Positions 63,101 through 64,000 of a stretch of DNA of 64,000 nucleotides are shown here, in pieces. The position numbers and the translations under genes were made by a program. Source of the DNA: Fistulifera solaris (Eukaryota). A model generated the notes under the pieces. The model saw only the letters and a program-made list of their open reading frames with translations. It was not told the origin of the DNA and made no database searches. Position 1 is the first letter of the stretch, and every line of letters begins with the position of its first letter. Location of the stretch: positions 1-64,000 of the forward strand of contig AP026133.1 in assembly GCA_030295235.1 (NCBI GenBank), written 5' to 3'.

Positions 63101-63420
63101 TGTCAATGAACCTTGTTCCAAGAAAAAAGAAGACCTTGTGCCATATATAGGTAAGGGGAAGCTTTACTGAGACACAAAAGAGCAGTCTTCTTTCTTGGCC
63201 CGTTCGTTGTTTTGTTCACACGCCAATTTTTGTTATTATGATTTCCTCTTGCTTGTTAAACAGTGTTCCCCCCATTTGATTCTTTGCGCATTCATCGCTG
63301 AACCACTGGACAAGGAGCACAATATCACATAAAGAGCTAACTTGGTTCATGGGGAGTGACCTAATGAGAACGTCGGAGAAATAAAAATCGAAATGAATTA
63401 ACGTTACCAATGAAAATGAA

Positions 63421-64000
63421 TTAATGCAAACCAGGTGCATCCAACCGTGCCACCATTTCAGCCACCACTTGTCGGCCTTTGGCTTCCCACTCTTTGCGAT
63501 TCGTTTCGGCATAATTCAAGTATTCATCACTCGAAACACCAAAGACACCACATTCTTTCAATTTCTTGGCCAGTGGGATGATGTAAAAGTCAAAAAGCCA
63601 ATTTCGCCTTCGTACCAGACATCGGCAGGATTCTTTTGCGCCCGTCCTTGACGATACGCCGTCATCATTTCTTCAAACAACCGAGCATTCCATTTGCGGT
63701 AAATGTGCCAATGTTGCATCGTGTGCGAAACATCCGAGGCTTGAATGACATGCTCCAACACAATTGTCGCCTTCGCGATTGATTTGTTCTTCTAATTCTT
63801 CGGGAAACACACTGTTGTTGTTGTTGTTTTCAGCAAAGGCTTTGGCCCAGCGGTCTTTGCGCGCCTGACTCAGTGACTTGTCCATGATATCCGTGGCCAT
63901 GACCAAGTTGACAATTAGTTGACGGAAGCGATTGTATTCGGCCGGTGTGGTGTAAATACAGTTGCGCAAATCAATGAAAGCATCGTCCATGAGTAATGAC
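63421..64000 (-). CDS. C-terminal class I cyclic-nucleotide phosphodiesterase domain (runs off the window; in diatoms usually fused to a nucleotide cyclase)
   Basis: RFRQLIVNLVMATDI, ATIVLEHVIQASDVSHTMQHW, KWNARLFEEM, WYEGEIGF(F)DFYIIPLAKKLKECGVFGV. Indels at ~63775 and ~63590. Confidence 0.92.

Noticed and set aside
60200..63200. Protein-coding genes in the 60-63 kb interval
   Set aside because: Only short fragmented ORFs without recognisable motifs.

Overview
Eukaryotic chromosome end: (CCCTAA)n telomere at 1-277, short GT-AG introns, and a gene set typical of a pennate diatom (the taxon is inference). The first ~5.7 kb is a head-to-tail array of telomere-associated units. Each unit ends in a shared C/T-rich tail terminating in CCTAACCCTA. 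Two units carry a RusA-family Holliday-junction resolvase as their last ORF, and the distal copy is cut mid-gene and capped by the telomere. Next is a ~16 kb, 12-intron gene for a ~5,000 aa secreted protein resembling bacterial RTX/Ca-binding adhesins. The rest holds a PhyH dioxygenase, four DUF285/BspA-type surface-repeat loci, a CRE-like retrotransposon 3' fragment, a probable iron-starvation cluster (double-CREG, Cys-rich membrane protein, beta-propeller membrane protein), three paralogous 11-Cys secreted peptides, a mucin-like protein, a CX9C protein, an SMR transporter with a bipartite-like presequence, a Sola-like transposase relic, pyruvate carboxylase, DUF1415 and the 3' end of a cyclic-nucleotide phosphodiesterase. 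Single-base indels, mostly in homopolymers, break many genes including pyruvate carboxylase, so most frameshifts are probably assembly errors.
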